A stretch of DNA of 41,285 bases from Candidatus Woesearchaeota archaeon (GTDB lineage: Archaea; Nanobdellota; Nanobdellia; SCGC-AAA011-G17; GW2011-AR17), in NCBI GenBank assembly GCA_964621125.1, contig CAZUKZ010000004.1, positions 1 to 41,285 of the forward strand, read 5' to 3'. Positions 37,609-41,285 of the stretch are shown here, piece by piece (within the stretch, counting starts at the first letter, position 1; every line of letters starts with the position of its first letter). The position numbers and the translations under genes were made by a program. The notes under the pieces were generated by a model. That model was not told where the DNA came from and searched no databases. It worked only from the letters and a program-made list of their open reading frames with translations.

Positions 37609-40600
37609 GGTATCTTAAACTTCTCCAGTATAACTTCGGGTGTCTTGTAGTACTTATGTATGACTTTCTGTACTTCTTCAAAGCCAGTAATTTTATTCCT
37701 GTATAGCGCCATGATTATCGCTACTCTCCTCTTAAACTCATTAAGAAGCTGTGGCCAGCTCATACCAGATCTACTCATTATCTTCTTGAACATCTGACTG
37801 TCTGTCTTGAATAAGAATGTATCTGTTGCAGGGTCTCTCCTAAAAGGCGTATTCAATGTCACCTGTCCTGAAGCATTGACATTAACAATTTCCACTACTT
37901 CCCTTATCCTTCTGGCAGGCTTTCCTTTTACTTTAGTCTGCTCAATAATACATACAGCATCTAATGATTCAATTAACGCAGGAGACAAACTTATAGGTGG
38001 CGTCTCTAACCTCTGTATTAAAGTATGTACAGAATCCGCGTGCATTGTCCCATAACTTGGGTGTCCTGAAGCCATACCTTGAAATAAAACATAAGCTTCC
38101 TTTCCTCTTATTTCCCCTACAATTATATAATCAGGCCTCTGCCTCAAACTCTCTTTCAAAAGATCAAACAGACTTACTTCTCCCGCCTTTTCCCCAGTTA
38201 TGGCCGCCATACCTACACCAGCTCTAGCAATTGCAGGCAACCAATTTTCATGCATTAAGTTGAGCTCTTTCGTATTATGTAAAATTACGTTAGAACAAAT
38301 GAACTTTTCTGTTCCTGGCACACTAATGTCATAAACATATCTTTCTTTAGACCTAAGTTTTTCTACACTCTTCACTTTATCCCAAAATAAGTCTGAGTGA
38401 GATATATCATTGAATAAAGATCCTTTTTGAGCAATTCTTTGGAGATACTCTCTTCCAATATTATTTTTTCCATTTAAATATCCCGAAGTGAGTTTATGAT
38501 AACTGTGAATTTTTTTCATATGATCCTTATTTAAGGGAACTATATCAGAACAAGTATGATGTGCTTTCTTGTTGCATATGCTTGATAATTTATTATTTTT
38601 TCTTTCTTGAAGAAATGCAATTTTTTTGAATTTTGTTACATTTTCATGTGAAGATATTGAAAGATAGAGACATTTGTCTTTTCTATAAAATTGCCTAATC
38701 CTAGATATAATACCCATCCTCAAGAAAATAGTTTGTAAATCATATAACAAACCATAACTTTGTGAAGCACAACTTACCTCATGCTTCTGTACAGTTCCAT
38801 CAGCACTAAAATAACCTCTTATTACATGCTTTATCTGATCATGACTAAGATTGAAAATGAATTGAGGGATTCTCTTTGTCGCAGAGTGTCCTCTAAGACC
38901 AATAACCTCTCTCATAAACTTATAAAAAACCGTACTATTAATAGTTAAAGAAACACGGTCATTCATCTTTGAAAAATTAATATTCAAGTGTTTTGCAAAC
39001 TTTTTAACAAGATTACGACATTCTTTATCTGAATTAGAAATTATAACTCGATTAGCATTAAATCTATCATAGGAACCATCACCAATCCACAACCCAATTA
39101 ATTCTAAAAAGTCTTTTGTTATATCAAATATAACTGGCAAAGAAGTCTGCATATTAGTCTTTATTCTTAAGTTTTTCAAATCTTTTTTACTGAACTTAAA
39201 ATCAACTTTCAATAAATCCTTAATTTTAATAAGGTTATGTGCCTTCCACCATTGATATTTGCTTTTTCCTACTTTAAAATCTTGATATTTATATGTTTCA
39301 AAAAGCTCCTTTATAGGTTCTCCAGCCAAAAACTCTTCTTTAAATACATTTAAGTGATCCAAAAGGTTAATAAAATCACATTTTGTTCCTTTAAACGGAA
39401 TTTTCCTTGGGACAGCTATGAAATTTTCATTTGGGATAAGATCAGTGGGTTTAGTCTCTTTAAGTCCAAGATTTCCCATAGTGAACAAAGAATGGTCCTT
39501 AGTTACTTTTACAACTCTTCCAGAAGCGGTTGTTATCTTATATATGTCTTTTTTCACCTTATGTTTCAAGAGCAGACTAGGCTTCACAAACTTCACCTTG
39601 TAATCATCACTTACAGTTAAGATTTCAGAATCTGTTTTTTGCCTATTATGTTTTATAAACTTATCAATACGCATATTTTTTACTTTACTATTAATGTCTT
39701 TAACCAATATTTCAGCATCGCCAGTGACACTATCTTCAATACTTACTATTCTAGCAGCAGGGGGTATGAAAAAGGCTACTGCGTTTAGTAAACTGGTCTT
39801 ACCTGCTCCAGTCCCACCAACCACCAACAGGCTTGCCTTATACTCCACCAACAGCCACAAGTATGCCAACATCTCTGGTGAAACAGTCCTAAATTGCATC
39901 AATTTGACAGGAGTCCAAGGAACTTTTGTGAACTTCCTCAATGTATCAAACATGTTAAAGGGCTTATTTCCTGCTATAAAGTAATTACAGGGCTCTAATT
40001 CAATATCATAAACTGGAAGTCTTTTCTTATTATCAAATAATTTAACAGATTTTACTTCAATGAACTCATGCTTTGTTTTAAGTAAAAATTCAATGTATTT
40101 TAAAACACTTTTAGTTGAATTTGTCTGTTTTTGTTTTTTGAAAAATTTAAGCAATTTGTAAGCTAAATGTTCAGATATTGATTTGAGATAAAAAGAACCA
40201 TATGAAGCTTTAATCTCCTTACACAGCCTAAACTTCACTAAACCATATTCTTTAATCAGATAAAGAAAAGGCTCAATAGGAATTCTCTTAAAATTTTTAT
40301 GATTTCTGATGTTTTTTCTCCTATTTAAAACTCTTTCTTTAAGTTTGTTGTGCTTGCTTTTTTCCGTAAAGCCAATATTCTCAAGATAAGCCTTTTCATA
40401 TGAAGCTGGAATTAGAACTTGATACAAGTCTCTTTTGTTAATGATAGAATAAATCCCAAATCTAGCAAGAAGAAAAGTTAATTGTTCAGCTAATTTTTTT
40501 GAAGCAGTCTTGTACGATAAACCTGAACTTACAGTCCCATCACCATCAAACAACCCTTCAATAAATTTAGCTACTACCTTATTTGAAGATTGAAATATTT

Positions 40601-41285
40601 CTTGAGGAATCCCTACTATCTTAGACTTTTTCCCCATTGGAACTTTGAATATTTGATTAAGATAGTAGGAAATAAATTGATTACATAAATATACTCTAGT
40701 CCCTTGATAATAGGTATTCTGCTTTCCAAAAAGGCCACTAACAATCTTTTGAATCTTTGTTGCCAACTCTTTTTTAAAACCAAGCACATAAACATAATTT
40801 TTGGTAAGATGACCATCACTAATTATCATACCAATAAGATAAGCAAGCCTTTCATTCAATTTATTTGGTAATTGGACATATTTTATTCCATTTTTTGAGC
40901 CTCCACCTTTCACTGACACTTTCAAATTCAATGAATTTATGTCAATTTCCAATTTATCACAGATTTTTATAAATAATGATGCTTCTATGGCACTATTCCT
41001 GCTTAACACTTCATAAAAATAAGAATGGTGCTGTCCTAATTCTCTCTGTAATTTTTTTCTATTTAGCCTATTGCCGCGAAATTTGAAATTTTTTAAATAT
41101 TCCTTTAATATATTTTTAACAGGGTTTGTAGGATAGATATTTAAAGCCTTTTTTTTAGGAAAAGAAAGTAATAAATCTTTAATATTAAAATTATTTATTT
41201 TCCCTTTAATATTAACTTTTGTTGGAATTGGAAGGAACATACCTTTTTTAATATCCTTGGCTTCAATCAACTCAAGTTTTTCAGC
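37605..41285 (-). CDS. Type IV pilus/secretion ATPase (VirB11/TadA/FlaI family) with two inteins; 5' end outside the window
   Basis: Exteins: TLRKF, GGTGAGKT, SIED|TKEL, LRQRPDYIIVGEIRG, SGH...TMHA; frame is open to the window edge. Confidence 0.93.
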   Translation of the reverse strand, partial: AEKLELIEAKDIKKGMFLPIPTKVNIKGKINNFNIKDLLLSFPKKKALNIYPTNPVKNILKEYLKNFKFRGNRLNRKKLQRELGQHHSYFYEVLSRNSAIEASLFIKICDKLEIDINSLNLKVSVKGGGSKNGIKYVQLPNKLNERLAYLIGMIISDGHLTKNYVYVLGFKKELATKIQKIVSGLFGKQNTYYQGTRVYLCNQFISYYLNQIFKVPMGKKSKIVGIPQEIFQSSNKVVAKFIEGLFDGDGTVSSGLSYKTASKKLAEQLTFLLARFGIYSIINKRDLYQVLIPASYEKAYLENIGFTEKSKHNKLKERVLNRRKNIRNHKNFKRIPIEPFLYLIKEYGLVKFRLCKEIKASYGSFYLKSISEHLAYKLLKFFKKQKQTNSTKSVLKYIEFLLKTKHEFIEVKSVKLFDNKKRLPVYDIELEPCNYFIAGNKPFNMFDTLRKFTKVPWTPVKLMQFRTVSPEMLAYLWLLVEYKASLLVVGGTGAGKTSLLNAVAFFIPPAARIVSIEDSVTGDAEILVKDINSKVKNMRIDKFIKHNRQKTDSEILTVSDDYKVKFVKPSLLLKHKVKKDIYKITTASGRVVKVTKDHSLFTMGNLGLKETKPTDLIPNENFIAVPRKIPFKGTKCDFINLLDHLNVFKEEFLAGEPIKELFETYKYQDFKVGKSKYQWWKAHNLIKIKDLLKVDFKFSKKDLKNLRIKTNMQTSLPVIFDITKDFLELIGLWIGDGSYDRFNANRVIISNSDKECRNLVKKFAKHLNINFSKMNDRVSLTINSTVFYKFMREVIGLRGHSATKRIPQFIFNLSHDQIKHVIRGYFSADGTVQKHEVSCASQSYGLLYDLQTIFLRMGIISRIRQFYRKDKCLYLSISSHENVTKFKKIAFLQERKNNKLSSICNKKAHHTCSDIVPLNKDHMKKIHSYHKLTSGYLNGKNNIGREYLQRIAQKGSLFNDISHSDLFWDKVKSVEKLRSKERYVYDISVPGTEKFICSNVILHNTKELNLMHENWLPAIARAGVGMAAITGEKAGEVSLFDLLKESLRQRPDYIIVGEIRGKEAYVLFQGMASGHPSYGTMHADSVHTLIQRLETPPISLSPALIESLDAVCIIEQTKVKGKPARRIREVVEIVNVNASGQVTLNTPFRRDPATDTFLFKTDSQMFKKIMSRSGMSWPQLLNEFKRRVAIIMALYRNKITGFEEVQKVIHKYYKTPEVILEKFKIP
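38274..39731 (-). mobile_element. 486-aa intein (Ser1) with LAGLIDADG endonuclease in the ATPase Asp box
   Basis: SVTGD start, TKDH block B, LIGLWIGDG and IRGYFSADG, VYDISV, terminal HN followed by Thr+1. Confidence 0.95.
39945..41285 (-). mobile_element. Intein (5'-truncated by the window) with LAGLIDADG endonuclease, ending Phe-Asp
   Basis: LIGMIISDG and FIEGLFDGDG, VYDIEL block F, YFIAG...NMFD followed by extein TLRKF. Confidence 0.9.

Noticed and set aside
250-40819. Numerous antisense or nested ORFs in the track (e.g. 13311..14096, 15381..16016, 19427..20068, 36559..37110)
   Set aside because: They are shadows of well-supported genes, with S/F/L/I-rich composition expected from the reverse complement of K/E-rich coding DNA and no motifs
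41268-41285. TTG at 41270 as the start of a 1221-aa protein
   Set aside because: The frame stays open to the window edge and lies inside an intein; the real start is upstream
1-41285. CRISPR array, rRNA, IS element or DGR reverse transcriptase/template repeat
   Set aside because: Intergenic gaps are all short (about 200 bp or less) and none shows regularly spaced repeats; no ORF has transposase or RT motifs

Overview
AT-rich archaeal chromosomal segment. It is most consistent with a DPANN lineage (Woesearchaeales/Pacearchaeales-like), judged from archaeal BRE/TATA promoters, kae1, taw3, archease-rtcB, oapABC, a bacterial-type LeuRS and lineage-typical surface proteins. Housekeeping genes: leuS, taw3, glmU, smc, ychF, Nudix, PHP-less polX, kae1, XPD-like helicase, oapABC, rtcB/archease. 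There are two tRNA genes: tRNA-Cys(GCA), and tRNA-Arg(TCT) with a 31-nt bulge-helix-bulge intron in the T-loop. The window also holds several secreted or S-layer-like proteins and the 3' part of a type IV pilus-like (Tad/FlaIJ-type) locus. It carries four LAGLIDADG inteins: one in the SMC P-loop, one at the RtcB catalytic Cys, and two in the pilus ATPase, of which one ends in an atypical Phe-Asp. Two small coupled ORFs absent from the ORF track were found (47 aa and 58 aa). More speculative leads are a DGR-target-like orphan, a SAM-lyase-like small protein and a recurring juxtamembrane phi-TG-x-phi motif. No CRISPR array, rRNA, integrase or transposase was seen.
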